DNA of 64,000 nt, from NCBI RefSeq assembly GCF_055900595.2, contig NZ_CM148325.1; one strand, given 5' to 3'. Below are positions 22,456-35,862 of the stretch, piece after piece. Positions within the stretch are counted from its first letter, which is position 1. Each line of letters begins with the position of its first letter. The notes beneath the pieces are model-generated. The model was not told the DNA's origin and made no database searches. It saw only the letters and a list, made by a program, of their open reading frames with translations. A program made the translations under genes and the position numbers.

Positions 22456-25038
22456 ATGCAAGAGCAATACCGCCCGGAAGAGATAGAATCCAAAGTACAG
22501 CTTCATTGGGATGAGAAGCGCACATTTGAAGTAACAGAAGACGAGAGCAAAGAGAAGTATTACTGCCTGTCTATGCTTCCCTATCCTTCTGGTCGACTAC
22601 ACATGGGCCACGTACGTAACTACACCATCGGTGACGTGATCGCCCGTTACCAGCGCATGCTGGGCAAAAACGTTCTGCAGCCGATCGGCTGGGACGCGTT
22701 TGGTCTGCCTGCGGAAGGCGCAGCGGTGAAAAATAACACCGCGCCAGCACCGTGGACGTACGACAACATCGCGTACATGAAAAACCAGCTCAAAATGCTG
22801 GGCTTTGGTTATGACTGGAGCCGCGAGCTGGCAACCTGTACACCGGAATACTACCGTTGGGAACAGAAATTCTTCACCGAGCTGTATAAAAAAGGCCTGG
22901 TATATAAGAAGACTTCTGCGGTCAACTGGTGCCCGAACGACCAGACCGTACTGGCGAACGAACAGGTTATCGACGGCTGCTGCTGGCGCTGCGATACCAA
23001 AGTTGAGCGTAAAGAGATCCCGCAGTGGTTTATCAAAATCACCGCTTACGCTGACGAGCTGCTCAACGATCTGGATAAACTGGATCACTGGCCAGACACC
23101 GTTAAAACCATGCAGCGTAACTGGATCGGTCGTTCCGAAGGAGTGGAAATCACCTTCAACGTTAACGACTATGACAACACGCTGACCGTTTACACTACCC
23201 GCCCGGACACCTTTATGGGTTGTACCTACCTGGCGGTAGCGGCAGGTCATCCGCTGGCACAGAAAGCGGCGGAAAATAATCCTGAACTGGCCGCCTTTAT
23301 TGACGAATGCCGTAACACCAAAGTTGCCGAAGCTGAAATGGCGACGATGGAGAAAAAAGGCGTCGATACTGGCTTTAAAGCGGTTCACCCATTAACGGGC
23401 GAAGAAATTCCGGTTTGGGCAGCAAACTTCGTATTGATGGAATATGGCACCGGCGCAGTCATGGCGGTTCCGGGTCACGATCAGCGCGACTACGAGTTTG
23501 CCTCTAAATACGGCCTGAATATCAAGCCGGTTATCCTGGCAGCTGACGGCTCTGAGCCAGATCTTTCTCAGCAAGCCCTGACCGAAAAAGGCGTGCTGTT
23601 CAACTCTGGCGAGTTCAACGGCCTTGATCATGAAGCAGCCTTCAACGCCATCGCCGATAAACTGACTGCGATGGGTGTTGGCGAGCGTAAAGTGAACTAC
23701 CGCCTGCGCGACTGGGGTGTTTCCCGTCAACGTTACTGGGGCGCGCCGATTCCGATGGTGACGCTGGAAGACGGTACTGTAATGCCGACCCCGGACGACC
23801 AACTGCCGGTGATCCTGCCGGAAGATGTGGTGATGGACGGCATTACCAGCCCAATCAAAGCTGATCCTGAGTGGGCGAAAACCACCGTTAACGGTATGCC
23901 TGCGCTGCGTGAAACCGATACTTTCGACACCTTTATGGAGTCCTCCTGGTACTATGCGCGCTACACTTGCCCTGAGTACAAAGAAGGTATGCTGGATTCC
24001 GAAGCGGCCAACTACTGGCTGCCGGTGGATATCTACATTGGTGGTATCGAACACGCCATTATGCACCTGCTCTACTTCCGCTTCTTCCATAAACTGATGC
24101 GTGATGCAGGCATGGTGAACTCTGACGAACCAGCAAAACAGTTGCTGTGTCAGGGTATGGTGCTGGCGGATGCCTTCTACTATGTTGGCGAAAACGGCGA
24201 GCGTAACTGGGTTTCCCCAGTTGATGCTATCGTTGAACGTGACGAGAAAGGCCGTATCGTGAAAGCGAAAGATGCGGCAGGCCATGAACTGGTTTATACC
24301 GGCATGAGCAAAATGTCTAAGTCGAAGAACAACGGTATCGACCCACAGGTGATGGTTGAACGTTACGGCGCGGACACCGTTCGTCTGTTTATGATGTTTG
24401 CTTCTCCGGCGGATATGACTCTCGAATGGCAGGAGTCTGGCGTGGAAGGGGCTAACCGCTTCCTGAAACGTGTCTGGAAACTGGTTTACGAGCACACTGC
24501 AAAAGGTGATGTTGCAGCACTGAATGTCGACGCGTTGACTGAAGATCAGAAAGCACTGCGTCGCGATGTTCATAAAACTATCGCTAAAGTGACCGATGAT
24601 ATCGGCCGTCGTCAGACCTTCAACACCGCGATTGCGGCAATTATGGAGCTGATGAACAAACTGGCGAAAGCACCGACCGATGGCGAGCAGGATCGCGCCC
24701 TGATGCAGGAAGCGCTGCTGGCGGTAGTCCGTATGCTTAACCCGTTCACCCCGCACATCTGCTTCACGCTGTGGCAGGAACTGAAAGGCGAAGGCGATAT
24801 CGACAACGCGCCGTGGCCGGTTGCTGACGAAAAAGCGATGGTGGAAGACTCCACCCTGGTGGTGGTGCAGGTTAACGGTAAAGTCCGTGCCAAAATCACT
24901 GTTCCGGTGGACGCAACGGAAGAACAGGTTCGCGAACGTGCTGGTCAGGAACATCTGGTAGCAAAATATCTTGATGGCGTTACCGTGCGTAAAGTGATTT
25001 ACGTACCGGGTAAACTCCTCAATCTGGTCGTTGGCTAA
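22456..25038 (+). CDS. leuS: Leucyl-tRNA synthetase
   Basis: 860 aa from the ATG at 22456 ([11 protein letters not shown]); class I aaRS motifs HMGH and KMSKS present. Confidence 0.95.
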
Positions 25039-25052
25039 GCGCGGGAGGAAGC

Positions 25053-25634
25053 GTGCGATATCTGGCAACATTGTTGTTATCTCTGGCGGTGTTAATCACC
25101 GCCGGGTGTGGCTGGCATCTGCGTGATACTACGCAGGTTCCTTCCACTATGAAGGTCATGATCCTGGACTCTGGCGACCCGAACGGGCCGTTAAGTCGTG
25201 CGGTACGTAACCAGTTACGTCTGAACGGTGTCGAGTTGCTTGATAAAGAAACCACGCGTAAGGACGTTCCATCCCTGCGTTTGGGTAAAGTGAGCATCGC
25301 GAAAGATACCGCATCGGTATTCCGTAACGGTCAAACAGCAGAGTATCAGATGATCATGACGGTCAATGCGACCGTGTTGATCCCCGGCCGTGACATCTAC
25401 CCGATTAGCGCCAAAGTCTTCCGTTCGTTCTTCGATAACCCGCAAATGGCGTTAGCGAAAGATAACGAACAAGACATGATCGTAAAAGAGATGTACGACC
25501 GTGCTGCCGAACAGCTGATTCGTAAGCTGCCAAGCATCCGTGCTGCGGATATTCGTTCCGACGAAGAACAGACGTCGACCACAACGGATACTCCGGCAAC
25601 GCCTGCACGCGTCTCTACCACGCTGGGTAACTGA
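25053..25634 (+). CDS. lptE: LPS assembly lipoprotein LptE
   Basis: 193 aa; GTG start; lipobox LITAGC; synteny leuS-lptE-holA. Confidence 0.9.
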
Positions 25635-26665
25635 TGATTCGGTTGTACCCGGAACAACTTCGCGCGCAGCTCAATGAAGGGCTGCGCGCGGCGTATCTTT
25701 TACTTGGTAACGATCCTCTGTTATTGCAGGAAAGCCAGGACGCTATTCGTCAGGTCGCTGCGGCACAAGGATTCGAAGAACACCACACTTTTTCCATTGA
25801 TCCCAACACTGACTGGAATGCGGTCTTTTCGTTATGCCAGGCCATGAGTCTGTTTGCCAGTCGACAAACGCTATTGCTGTTGTTACCAGAAAACGGACCG
25901 AATGCGGCGATCAATGAACAACTTCTCACACTCACTGGACTTCTGCATGACGACCTGCTGTTGATCGTCCGCGGTAATAAATTAAGCAAAGCGCAAGAAA
26001 ATGCTGCCTGGTTTACTGCTCTTGCGAATCGCAGCGTGCAGGTGACCTGTCAGACGCCGGAGCAGGCTCAGCTTCCCCGCTGGGTTGCTGCGCGTGCAAA
26101 ACAGCTCAACTTAGAACTGGATGACGCCGCAAATCAGGTGCTCTGCTACTGTTATGAAGGTAACCTGCTGGCACTGGCCCAGGCACTGGAGCGTTTATCG
26201 CTGCTCTGGCCGGACGGCAAACTGACATTACCGCGCGTTGAACAGGCGGTGAATGATGCCGCGCATTTCACCCCTTTTCATTGGGTTGATGCTTTGTTGA
26301 TGGGAAAAAGTAAGCGCGCATTGCATATTCTTCAGCAACTGCGTCTGGAAGGCAGCGAGCCGGTTATTTTGTTGCGCACATTACAACGAGAACTGTTGTT
26401 ACTGGTTAACCTGAAACGCCAGTCTGCCCATACGCCACTGCGTGCGTTGTTTGATAAACATCGCGTTTGGCAGAACCGCCGGGGCATGATGGGCGAGGCG
26501 CTAAACCGCTTAAGCCAGTCGCAGTTACGTCAGGCCGTGCAACTCCTGACACGAACGGAACTCACCCTCAAACAAGATTACGGTCAGTCAGTATGGGCAG
26601 AGCTGGAAGGGTTATCTCTTCTGTTGTGCCATAAACCGCTGGCGGACGTATTTATCGACGGTTGA
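25634..26665 (+). CDS. holA: DNA polymerase III delta subunit
   Basis: 343 aa; start overlaps the lptE stop (TGATG); synteny. Confidence 0.9.
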   Translation: MIRLYPEQLRAQLNEGLRAAYLLLGNDPLLLQESQDAIRQVAAAQGFEEHHTFSIDPNTDWNAVFSLCQAMSLFASRQTLLLLLPENGPNAAINEQLLTLTGLLHDDLLLIVRGNKLSKAQENAAWFTALANRSVQVTCQTPEQAQLPRWVAARAKQLNLELDDAANQVLCYCYEGNLLALAQALERLSLLWPDGKLTLPRVEQAVNDAAHFTPFHWVDALLMGKSKRALHILQQLRLEGSEPVILLRTLQRELLLLVNLKRQSAHTPLRALFDKHRVWQNRRGMMGEALNRLSQSQLRQAVQLLTRTELTLKQDYGQSVWAELEGLSLLLCHKPLADVFIDG

Positions 26666-26666
26666 T

Positions 26667-27308
26667 ATGAAATCTTTACAGGCTCTGTTTGGTGGCACCT
26701 TTGATCCGGTGCACTATGGTCATCTTAAGCCCGTGGAAACGCTGGCGAACTTGATTGGTCTGACGCGAGTCACCATCATCCCTAATAATGTTCCTCCGCA
26801 TCGTCCCCAGCCGGAAGCAACCAGTGTGCAGCGTAAACACATGCTTGAACTGGCGATTGCCGACAAGCCACTGTTTACCCTTGATGAACGCGAGCTAAAG
26901 CGCAATGCTCCCTCTTACACTGCACAAACACTGAAAGAATGGCGGCAGGAACAAGGGCCAGATGTGCCGCTGGCATTTATTATTGGCCAGGATTCACTGC
27001 TCACCTTTCCAACCTGGTACGAATACGAAACGATACTCGACAATGCACATTTGATCGTCTGTCGGCGTCCCGGTTACCCACTAGAAATGGCGCAACCGCA
27101 ATACCAGCAATGGCTGGAAGATCATTTGACACATAACCCGGAAGATCTTCACCTTCAGCCTGCCGGTAAAATTTATCTGGCTGAAACGCCGTGGTTTAAC
27201 ATCTCGGCGACCATCATCCGTGAACGTTTGCAAAACGGTGAATCGTGTGAGGATTTATTGCCGGAACCGGTACTGACTTACATTAACCAACAAGGCTTGT
27301 ATCGCTGA
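26667..27308 (+). CDS. nadD: Nicotinate-nucleotide adenylyltransferase
   Basis: 213 aa; nucleotidyltransferase motif [11 protein letters not shown]. Confidence 0.95.
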   Translation: MKSLQALFGGTFDPVHYGHLKPVETLANLIGLTRVTIIPNNVPPHRPQPEATSVQRKHMLELAIADKPLFTLDERELKRNAPSYTAQTLKEWRQEQGPDVPLAFIIGQDSLLTFPTWYEYETILDNAHLIVCRRPGYPLEMAQPQYQQWLEDHLTHNPEDLHLQPAGKIYLAETPWFNISATIIRERLQNGESCEDLLPEPVLTYINQQGLYR

Positions 27309-27331
27309 TACCTGTCGTTACGGAGGGCATG

Positions 27332-27943
27332 ATGCGACTGTGGTTAATTCGTCATGGCGAAACGCAAGCGAATATCGATGGTCTGTACAGCGGTTATGCT
27401 CCCACCCCCCTGACTGCGCGCGGAATTGAGCAAGCGCAAAATCTGCATACGCTGCTACATGGTGTTTCCTTTGACCTGGTTTTATGCAGTGAACTGGAAC
27501 GGGCACAGCATACCGCGCGACGGGTTCTCAGTGATCGCCAGCTCCCCGTGCAAATCATCCCTGAACTCAACGAAATGTTTTTTGGCGACTGGGAGATGCG
27601 ACATCATCGCGACCTCATGCAAGAAGATGCCGAAAACTATAGCGCGTGGTGCAATGACTGGCAGCATGCTGTCCCCACGAACGGTGAAGGATTTCAGGCA
27701 TTTTCACAACGTGTGGAACGGTTTATCGCAAGGCTTAGTGAATATCAGCACTATCAGAATATTTTAGTCGTCAGCCATCAGGGTGTGCTGAGTCTGTTAA
27801 TCGCCCGTTTAATGGGTATGCCTGCCGAGGCTATGTGGCATTTTCGCGTTGACCAGGGGTGTTGGAGCGCCATTGATATCAACCAAAAATTCGCGACGCT
27901 ACGCGTCCTCAATAGCCGTGCCATCGGGGTCGAGAATACATGA
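27332..27943 (+). CDS. cobC: Adenosylcobalamin/alpha-ribazole phosphatase (histidine phosphatase family)
   Basis: 203 aa from the ATG at 27332; phosphoglycerate-mutase-family motif LIRHGETQAN. Confidence 0.9.
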   Translation: MRLWLIRHGETQANIDGLYSGYAPTPLTARGIEQAQNLHTLLHGVSFDLVLCSELERAQHTARRVLSDRQLPVQIIPELNEMFFGDWEMRHHRDLMQEDAENYSAWCNDWQHAVPTNGEGFQAFSQRVERFIARLSEYQHYQNILVVSHQGVLSLLIARLMGMPAEAMWHFRVDQGCWSAIDINQKFATLRVLNSRAIGVENT

Positions 27944-28184
27944 CTTTTCTGTTTTTTTACGGGTAAGCCGCAACGACCATTGACAGCCCCGGGCAGGCTG
28001 ATATTCTCCGCAGCCAGACTTTTTTCGCCAGACACGACTTTGTAGAAATTGTTTTACAAAAATGGCGATGCAATCTGCGGCGCGGGGTGGGATGATAGCC
28101 CACTTTCGAAAGCCGATTCGGCGACAATTGTCCCGAAATCGCCTCTGGTTCAGGTATACTGACAGACCATTTTTATCTATTTGA

Positions 28185-28520
<336 letters not shown>

Positions 28521-28523
28521 TGC

Positions 28524-28991
28524 GTGAAGCTGCAACTTGTCGCCGTGGGAACGAAAATGCCGGACTGGGTACAAACCGGTTTTACCGAGTACCTGCGTCG
28601 TTTTCCGAAAGATATGCCCTTCGAGCTGATTGAAATTCCGGCCGGAAAACGCGGCAAGAATGCGGACATCAAGCGCATACTCGACAAAGAGGGTGAGCAG
28701 ATGCTGGCAGCCGCAGGCAAAAACCGCATTGTCACCCTCGATATTCCAGGCAAGCCCTGGGATACGCCGCAGTTAGCCGCTGAACTGGAACGCTGGAAGC
28801 TGGATGGTCGCGACGTCAGTCTGCTGATTGGCGGGCCTGAAGGGTTGTCGCCTGCCTGCAAAGCGGCGGCGGAACAAAGCTGGTCGCTGTCGGCGCTTAC
28901 CCTTCCCCATCCGCTGGTTCGCGTGCTGGTCGCAGAGAGTCTGTACCGGGCGTGGAGCATCACCACCAACCATCCTTATCACCGTGAGTGA
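28524..28991 (+). CDS. rlmH: 23S rRNA (pseudouridine1915-N3)-methyltransferase
   Basis: 155 aa; GTG start 3 nt after the rsfS stop; SPOUT family. Confidence 0.9.
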
Positions 28992-29021
28992 TAAGGGAGC
29001 TTTGAGTAGAAAACGCAGCGG

Positions 29022-30923
29022 ATGAAACTACAGAACTCTTTTCGCGACTATACGGCAGAGTCCGCGCTGTTTGTGCGCCGGGCGCTGGTCGCCTTTTTGG
29101 GGATTTTGCTGCTGACCGGCGTGCTTATCGCCAACCTGTATAATCTGCAAATTGTTCGCTTTACCGATTACCAGACCCGATCTAATGAAAACCGCATTAA
29201 GCTGGTGCCTATCGCGCCCAGCCGCGGCATTATCTACGACCGTAACGGTATCCCTCTGGCACTTAACCGCACTATCTACCAGATAGAGATGATGCCGGAG
29301 AAAGTCGATAACGTGCAGCAAACGCTGGACGCTTTGCGCAGTGTGGTTGATCTGACCGATGACGATATTGCTGCATTCCGAAAAGAGCGCGCACGTTCAC
29401 ACCGTTTCACCTCCATTCCGGTGAAAACTAACCTGACTGAAGTACAAGTGGCACGCTTTGCCGTCAATCAGTACCGTTTTCCGGGTGTCGAAGTTAAAGG
29501 CTATAAGCGTCGTTACTATCCTTACGGTTCGGCGTTGACCCACGTCATCGGCTATGTGTCGAAAATCAACGATAAAGACGTCGAACGCCTGAATAATGAC
29601 GGCAAACTGGCCAACTATGCGGCAACGCATGATATCGGTAAGCTGGGCATTGAGCGTTACTATGAAGACGTGCTGCACGGTCAGACCGGTTATGAAGAGG
29701 TTGAAGTTAACAACCGTGGGCGTGTTATCCGCCAGTTAAAAGAAGTGCCACCGCAAGCCGGACACGATATTTACCTGACGCTGGATCTCAAACTCCAGCA
29801 ATATATTGAAACGCTGCTGGCGGGTAGCCGCGCAGCGGTGGTAGTCACCGATCCGCGTACAGGTGGGGTGCTGGCGCTGGTTTCCACGCCTAGTTATGAC
29901 CCAAACCTGTTTGTTGACGGTATCTCCAGCAAAGATTATTCCGCCTTGCTGAACGACCCAAATACACCGCTGGTGAACCGCGCCACACAGGGGGTTTATC
30001 CTCCCGCGTCTACAGTTAAACCCTATGTGGCGGTTTCGGCATTGAGCGCCGGAGTGATCACGCGCAATACGACGCTGTTTGACCCAGGCTGGTGGCAACT
30101 GCCAGGTTCAGAAAAACGTTATCGTGACTGGAAAAAATGGGGCCACGGGCGTCTGAATGTCACAAGATCGCTGGAAGAATCTGCGGATACCTTCTTCTAT
30201 CAGGTGGCCTACGATATGGGAATCGATCGCCTCTCCGAATGGATGGGTAAATTCGGTTATGGTCATTACACCGGTATCGACCTGGCGGAAGAACGTTCCG
30301 GCAACATGCCTACCCGCGAATGGAAACAGAAACGCTTTAAAAAACCGTGGTATCAGGGTGACACCATTCCGGTTGGTATCGGTCAGGGTTACTGGACAGC
30401 GACCCCAATCCAGATGAGTAAGGCACTGATGATCCTGATTAATGACGGTATCGTGAAAGTTCCACATTTGCTGATGAGCACCGCTGAAGACGGCAAACAG
30501 GTGCCATGGGTACAACCGCATGAACCGCCCGTCGGCGATATTCATTCCGGTTACTGGGAGCTGGCAAAAGACGGTATGTACGGTGTTGCTAACCGCCCTA
30601 ACGGTACGGCGCATAAATACTTTGCCAGCGCACCGTACAAAATTGCAGCAAAATCCGGTACGGCTCAGGTCTTCGGCCTGAAAGCGAACGAAACCTATAA
30701 TGCGCACAAAATTGCCGAGCGTTTACGTGACCACAAACTGATGACCGCCTTTGCGCCATACAACAATCCGCAAGTCGCTGTCGCCATGATTCTGGAGAAC
30801 GGCGGTGCGGGTCCGGCGGTTGGTACGCTGATGCGCCAGATCCTCGACCACATTATGCTGGGTGATAACAACACCGATCTGCCTGCGGAAAATCCAGCGG
30901 TTGCCGCAGCGGAGGACCATTAA
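29022..30923 (+). CDS. mrdA: Peptidoglycan D,D-transpeptidase PBP2
   Basis: 633 aa; transpeptidase active-site motif STVK; N-terminal TM anchor. Confidence 0.95.
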   Translation: MKLQNSFRDYTAESALFVRRALVAFLGILLLTGVLIANLYNLQIVRFTDYQTRSNENRIKLVPIAPSRGIIYDRNGIPLALNRTIYQIEMMPEKVDNVQQTLDALRSVVDLTDDDIAAFRKERARSHRFTSIPVKTNLTEVQVARFAVNQYRFPGVEVKGYKRRYYPYGSALTHVIGYVSKINDKDVERLNNDGKLANYAATHDIGKLGIERYYEDVLHGQTGYEEVEVNNRGRVIRQLKEVPPQAGHDIYLTLDLKLQQYIETLLAGSRAAVVVTDPRTGGVLALVSTPSYDPNLFVDGISSKDYSALLNDPNTPLVNRATQGVYPPASTVKPYVAVSALSAGVITRNTTLFDPGWWQLPGSEKRYRDWKKWGHGRLNVTRSLEESADTFFYQVAYDMGIDRLSEWMGKFGYGHYTGIDLAEERSGNMPTREWKQKRFKKPWYQGDTIPVGIGQGYWTATPIQMSKALMILINDGIVKVPHLLMSTAEDGKQVPWVQPHEPPVGDIHSGYWELAKDGMYGVANRPNGTAHKYFASAPYKIAAKSGTAQVFGLKANETYNAHKIAERLRDHKLMTAFAPYNNPQVAVAMILENGGAGPAVGTLMRQILDHIMLGDNNTDLPAENPAVAAAEDH

Positions 30924-30925
30924 TC

Positions 30926-32038
30926 ATGACGGATAATCCGAATAAAAAAACATTCTGGGATAAAGTCCATCTCGATCCCACAATGCTGCTGATCTTACTG
31001 GCATTGCTGGTTTACAGCGCCCTGGTTATCTGGAGCGCCAGCGGTCAGGATATTGGCATGATGGAGCGTAAAATCGGCCAAATCGCGATGGGTCTGGTCA
31101 TCATGGTGGTGATGGCGCAAATTCCTCCACGCGTTTATGAAGGCTGGGCCCCCTATCTCTATATCATCTGTATTATTTTGCTGGTAGCAGTAGATGCTTT
31201 TGGTGCCATCTCTAAAGGCGCTCAACGCTGGCTGGACCTCGGTATCGTTCGTTTTCAGCCGTCGGAAATTGCCAAAATAGCCGTACCACTGATGGTAGCA
31301 CGCTTTATCAACCGCGACGTTTGCCCGCCATCGTTGAAGAACACCGGCATCGCGCTGGTGCTGATATTTATGCCCACGCTGCTGGTGGCTGCACAGCCTG
31401 ACCTGGGAACATCAATCCTCGTTGCGCTTTCTGGTCTGTTTGTACTGTTCCTCTCTGGCCTTAGCTGGCGTCTGATTGGCGTCGCAGTAGTGCTGGTAGC
31501 GGCGTTCATTCCGATTCTGTGGTTCTTCCTGATGCATGATTACCAGCGCCAGCGCGTAATGATGCTCCTGGACCCGGAATCAGACCCACTCGGCGCGGGC
31601 TATCACATTATTCAGTCTAAAATTGCTATTGGCTCCGGCGGATTACGCGGCAAAGGCTGGCTGCATGGCACTCAGTCACAGCTTGAATTTCTCCCCGAAC
31701 GCCATACCGACTTTATCTTCGCGGTACTGGCGGAAGAGCTGGGATTAGTGGGCATTTTGATTCTGCTCGCTCTCTACATTCTGCTGATCATGCGCGGGCT
31801 GTGGATAGCCGCCAGAGCGCAAACCACCTTTGGTCGCGTCATGGCTGGCGGCTTAATGCTGATATTATTCGTTTATGTCTTCGTAAATATTGGTATGGTA
31901 AGCGGTATTCTGCCGGTTGTAGGGGTTCCGCTCCCACTGGTCAGTTATGGAGGATCGGCGCTAATTGTGCTGATGGCTGGGTTCGGGATTGTAATGTCAA
32001 TCCACACCCACAGGAAAATGTTGTCGAAAAGCGTGTAA
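30926..32038 (+). CDS. mrdB: Peptidoglycan glycosyltransferase RodA (SEDS family)
   Basis: 370 aa polytopic membrane protein; synteny after mrdA. Confidence 0.95.
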   Translation: MTDNPNKKTFWDKVHLDPTMLLILLALLVYSALVIWSASGQDIGMMERKIGQIAMGLVIMVVMAQIPPRVYEGWAPYLYIICIILLVAVDAFGAISKGAQRWLDLGIVRFQPSEIAKIAVPLMVARFINRDVCPPSLKNTGIALVLIFMPTLLVAAQPDLGTSILVALSGLFVLFLSGLSWRLIGVAVVLVAAFIPILWFFLMHDYQRQRVMMLLDPESDPLGAGYHIIQSKIAIGSGGLRGKGWLHGTQSQLEFLPERHTDFIFAVLAEELGLVGILILLALYILLIMRGLWIAARAQTTFGRVMAGGLMLILFVYVFVNIGMVSGILPVVGVPLPLVSYGGSALIVLMAGFGIVMSIHTHRKMLSKSV

Positions 32039-32048
32039 GAGGTGCGCA

Positions 32049-33137
32049 ATGCGTAAGCAGTGGCTCGGGATCTGCATCGCGGCAGGAATGCTCGCGGCAT
32101 GTACAAGCGATGATGGTCAGCAACAGACGGTAAGTGTACCGCAGCCTGCGGTATGTAACGGCCCCATAGTTGAAATTAGCGGGGCGGACCCGCGTTTCGA
32201 ACCACTGAACGCGACGGCAAATCAGGATTACCAGCGCGACGGTAAAAGCTACAAAATCGTGCAGGATCCGTCTCGATTTAGCCAGGCGGGACTGGCGGCA
32301 ATCTATGATGCCGAACCCGGCAGTAACCTGACGGCCTCTGGCGAAGCATTCGATCCGACACAGCTGACAGCGGCCCATCCAACGCTTCCGATCCCCAGCT
32401 ACGCCAGAATCACTAACCTGGCTAACGGGCGAATGATCGTGGTGCGCATTAATGATCGCGGTCCTTACGGCAACGACCGCGTTATTTCGCTTTCTCGCGC
32501 GGCAGCTGACCGTCTTAACACGTCAAACAACACCAAAGTTCGTATCGATCCGATTATTGTCGCCCAGGATGGTTCGCTTTCTGGTCCTGGTATGGCCTGT
32601 ACCACAGTTGCCAAACAGACTTACGCCCTGCCTGCACCTCCCGATTTAAGCGGTGGCGCGGGAACAAGTTCAGTGTCTGGCCCGCAGGGTGACATTCTTC
32701 CGGTCAGTAATTCGACGCTAAAAAGCGAAGATCCGACCGGCGCGCCGGTAACCAGCAGCGGTTTCCTCGGTGCACCAACGACGTTAGCGCCTGGTGTGCT
32801 GGAAGGCAGCGAACCAACACCTGCGCCACAGCCCGTTGTTACAGCTCCCTCGACAACGCCTGCAACCTCGCCTGCAATGGTGACACCGCAAGCCGCCTCG
32901 CAAAGCACTAGCGGCAACTTTATGGTGCAAGTTGGGGCCGTAAGCGATCAGGCGCGTGCGCAACAGTACCAACAGCAACTGGGACAGAAGTTCGGCGTCC
33001 CCGGTCGCGTAACTCAAAATGGCGCGGTCTGGCGGATCCAGCTTGGCCCATTCGCCAGCAAAGCCGAAGCCAGTACCTTGCAGCAACGTTTGCAAACCGA
33101 AGCCCAATTACAGTCATTTATTACCACCGCGCAGTAG
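32049..33137 (+). CDS. rlpA: Septal ring lytic transglycosylase RlpA (lipoprotein, C-terminal SPOR domain)
   Basis: 362 aa; lipobox MLAAC; DPBB domain; Pro/Ala/Thr-rich linker; C-terminal SPOR domain (FMVQVGAVSDQARAQQ...). Confidence 0.95.
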   Translation: MRKQWLGICIAAGMLAACTSDDGQQQTVSVPQPAVCNGPIVEISGADPRFEPLNATANQDYQRDGKSYKIVQDPSRFSQAGLAAIYDAEPGSNLTASGEAFDPTQLTAAHPTLPIPSYARITNLANGRMIVVRINDRGPYGNDRVISLSRAAADRLNTSNNTKVRIDPIIVAQDGSLSGPGMACTTVAKQTYALPAPPDLSGGAGTSSVSGPQGDILPVSNSTLKSEDPTGAPVTSSGFLGAPTTLAPGVLEGSEPTPAPQPVVTAPSTTPATSPAMVTPQAASQSTSGNFMVQVGAVSDQARAQQYQQQLGQKFGVPGRVTQNGAVWRIQLGPFASKAEASTLQQRLQTEAQLQSFITTAQ

Positions 33138-33211
33138 CGTAAAGCAGGCATCTGATGTGTCAATTTCTGTAAATGACGTTAACAAAGTCACGCGGAAAGT
33201 CAGATGCCTGC

Positions 33212-33247
33212 CGGTAGTGCATTTGCTATAGTAGGGCACTTTTTTTA
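33212..33247 (+). terminator. Candidate terminator after rlpA
   Basis: Short stem agtgc / gcact followed by ttttttt (33241..33247); lies just 3' of a 12-bp inverted repeat (33144..33155 / 33200..33211). Confidence 0.35.
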
Positions 33248-33276
33248 ATTCCATCACGGATGTCGTAGTTCAGACC

Positions 33277-34488
33277 ATGAATACCATTTTTTCCGCTCGT
33301 ATCATGAAGCGCCTGGCGCTCACCACGGCTCTTTGCACAGCCTTTATCTCTGCTGCACATGCCGATGACCTGAATATCAAAACTATGATCCCGGGTGTAC
33401 CGCAGATCGATGCGGAGTCCTACATCCTGATTGACTATAACTCGGGCAAAGTGCTCGCCGAACAGAACGCAGATGTCCGCCGCGATCCTGCCAGCCTGAC
33501 CAAAATGATGACCAGTTACGTTATCGGCCAGGCAATGAAAGCCGGTAAATTTAAAGAAACTGATTTAGTCACCATCGGCAACGACGCATGGGCCACCGGT
33601 AACCCGGTATTTAAAGGTTCTTCGCTGATGTTCCTCAAACCGGGCATGCAGGTTCCGGTTTCTCAGCTGATCCGCGGTATTAACCTGCAATCGGGTAACG
33701 ATGCTTGCGTCGCCATGGCCGATTTTGCCGCTGGTAGCCAGGACGCTTTTGTTGGCTTGATGAACAGCTACGTTAACGCACTGGGCCTGAAAAACACTCA
33801 CTTCCAGACCGTGCACGGTCTCGACGCTGACGGTCAGTACAGCTCCGCGCGAGATATGGCGCTGATCGGCCAGGCGTTGATCCGTGACGTACCGAATGAA
33901 TACTCGATCTATAAAGAAAAAGAATTTACGTTTAACGGTATTCGCCAGCTGAACCGTAACGGCCTGTTATGGGATAACAGCCTGAATGTCGACGGCATCA
34001 AAACCGGACACACTGACAAAGCAGGTTACAACCTTGTTGCTTCTGCGACTGAAGGCCAGATGCGCTTGATCTCTGCGGTGATGGGCGGACGTACTTTTAA
34101 AGGCCGTGAAGCCGAAAGTAAAAAACTGCTAACCTGGGGCTTCCGTTTCTTCGAAACCGTTAACCCACTGAAAGTAGGTAAAGAGTTCGCCTCTGAACCG
34201 GTTTGGTTTGGTGATTCTGATCGCGCTTCGTTAGGTGTTGATAAAGACGTGTACCTGACCATTCCGCGTGGCCGCATGAAAGATCTGAAAGCCAGCTATG
34301 TGCTGAACAGCAGTGAATTGCATGCGCCGCTGCAAAAGAATCAGGTCGTCGGTACTATCAACTTCCAGCTTGATGGCAAAACGATTGAACAACGCCCGCT
34401 GGTTGTGCTGCAAGAAATCCCGGAAGGCAACTTCTTCGGCAAAATCATTGATTACATTAAGTTAATGTTCCATCACTGGTTTGGTTAA
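33277..34488 (+). CDS. dacA: D-alanyl-D-alanine carboxypeptidase PBP5
   Basis: 403 aa; signal peptide; active-site SLTK and SGN motifs. Confidence 0.95.
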
Positions 34489-34545
34489 AAATCGAACACT
34501 TGAAAGTGTGATTTCCGCCCCCATATACTAAGCATCAGTAAAAAA

Positions 34546-34565
34546 CTCCCGCCTTCTGGCGGGAG
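34546..34565. terminator. Hairpin between dacA and ybeD (terminator-like)
   Basis: ctcccgcc-ttct-ggcgggag perfect 8-bp stem flanked by an A-run upstream and T-rich sequence downstream. Confidence 0.35.
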
Positions 34566-34597
34566 TTGCTATTTAATTACGTTACGCCGGAGCTGAC

Positions 34598-34861
34598 ATG
34601 AAAACCAAACTTAACGAACTGCTTGAATTCCCTACTCCTTTTACTTACAAAGTTATGGGGCAGGCGTTACCTGAGCTGGTTGATCAGGTGGTTGAAGTGG
34701 TACAGCGCCATGCGCCAGGTGACTACACCCCAACGGTAAAACCAAGCAGCAAAGGCAACTACCACTCGGTATCTATCACTATCAACGCCACTCATATTGA
34801 GCAGGTTGAAACACTGTATGAAGAACTGGGCAAAATCGATATTGTCCGCATGGTTCTGTAA
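34598..34861 (+). CDS. ybeD: UPF0250 protein YbeD
   Basis: 87 aa; conserved position immediately upstream of lipB. Confidence 0.9.
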
Positions 34862-34961
34862 CTCGCGTATTCTTTACCCGGCCCCTGGTCGGGTAACTCC
34901 CCTCTCCTCGCTGTGATATACTTTTCCCCCACTTTTACTCATTCTCCACGGAGATGCCGTT

Positions 34962-35603
34962 TTGTATCAGGATAAAATTCTTGTCCGCCAGCTCGGTCTT
35001 CAGCCTTACGAGCCAATCTCCCAGGCTATGCATGAATTCACCGATACCCGCGATGAAAGTACTCTTGATGAAATCTGGCTGGTCGAGCACTATCCGGTAT
35101 TCACCCAAGGGCAGGCAGGAAAAGCGGAGCACATTTTAATGCCGGGCGATATTCCGGTGATCCAAAGCGATCGCGGTGGGCAGGTGACTTATCACGGGCC
35201 GGGGCAACAGGTGATGTATGTGTTGCTTAACCTGAAACGCCGTAAACTCGGTGTGCGTGAACTGGTGACCTTGCTCGAGCAAACAGTGGTGAATACCCTG
35301 GCTGAACTGGGTATAGAAGCACATCCTCGGGCTGACGCGCCTGGTGTCTATGTCGGGGAAAAGAAAATTTGCTCACTTGGCTTACGTATTCGGCGCGGTT
35401 GTTCATTCCACGGTCTGGCATTAAACGTCAATATGGATCTTTCGCCATTTTTACGTATTAATCCTTGTGGGTATGCCGGAATGGAAATGGCTAAAATATC
35501 ACAATGGAAACCCGAAGCGACAACTAATAATATTGCACCGCGTTTGCTAGAAAATATTTTAGTGCTACTAAACAATCCCGACTTCGAATATATTACCGCT
35601 TAA
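34962..35603 (+). CDS. lipB: Octanoyltransferase (lipoyl(octanoyl)transferase)
   Basis: 213 aa; TTG start ([12 protein letters not shown]); synteny ybeD-lipB. Confidence 0.9.
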   Translation: MYQDKILVRQLGLQPYEPISQAMHEFTDTRDESTLDEIWLVEHYPVFTQGQAGKAEHILMPGDIPVIQSDRGGQVTYHGPGQQVMYVLLNLKRRKLGVRELVTLLEQTVVNTLAELGIEAHPRADAPGVYVGEKKICSLGLRIRRGCSFHGLALNVNMDLSPFLRINPCGYAGMEMAKISQWKPEATTNNIAPRLLENILVLLNNPDFEYITA

Positions 35604-35862
35604 TTACATACATCAATGGCCCAATTTACACTGGGTCATTACTCATAATACCTGCTAATGCTTTACTTCTCCTTCGCGTTTGTATATTTTCTTTATCACT
35701 TGCAGAAATGCGATGCAATGCTTCGCTCCGTAACTCACCCCATTGATTAACTTATTGAAATAGTTGACTATGGTGAGCAAAAGCGTTCCATTCAAATTAG
35801 ATATAAGATTATTGTAATTTTTTTAAATATTATTTTTCCATGAATAAAATTGGAGTAAGTGC

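Noticed and set aside
23392-25071. Long antisense ORFs inside conserved genes (559-aa ORF antisense to leuS; also 22597..23388, 47849..48703 in citF, 54847..55515 in ahpF, 36941..37789 in lipA, 46900..47673 in citE, 30108..30707 in mrdA)
   Set aside because: They lie entirely within and opposite to strongly supported conserved genes, have no recognisable motifs or SD, and are the expected shadow ORFs of GC-rich coding sequence.
32621-33117. Several overlapping ORFs on both strands within the 3' half of rlpA
   Set aside because: They arise from the GC-rich Pro/Ala/Thr/Ser-rich linker of RlpA, whose low-complexity codon repeats keep alternative frames open; not independent genes.
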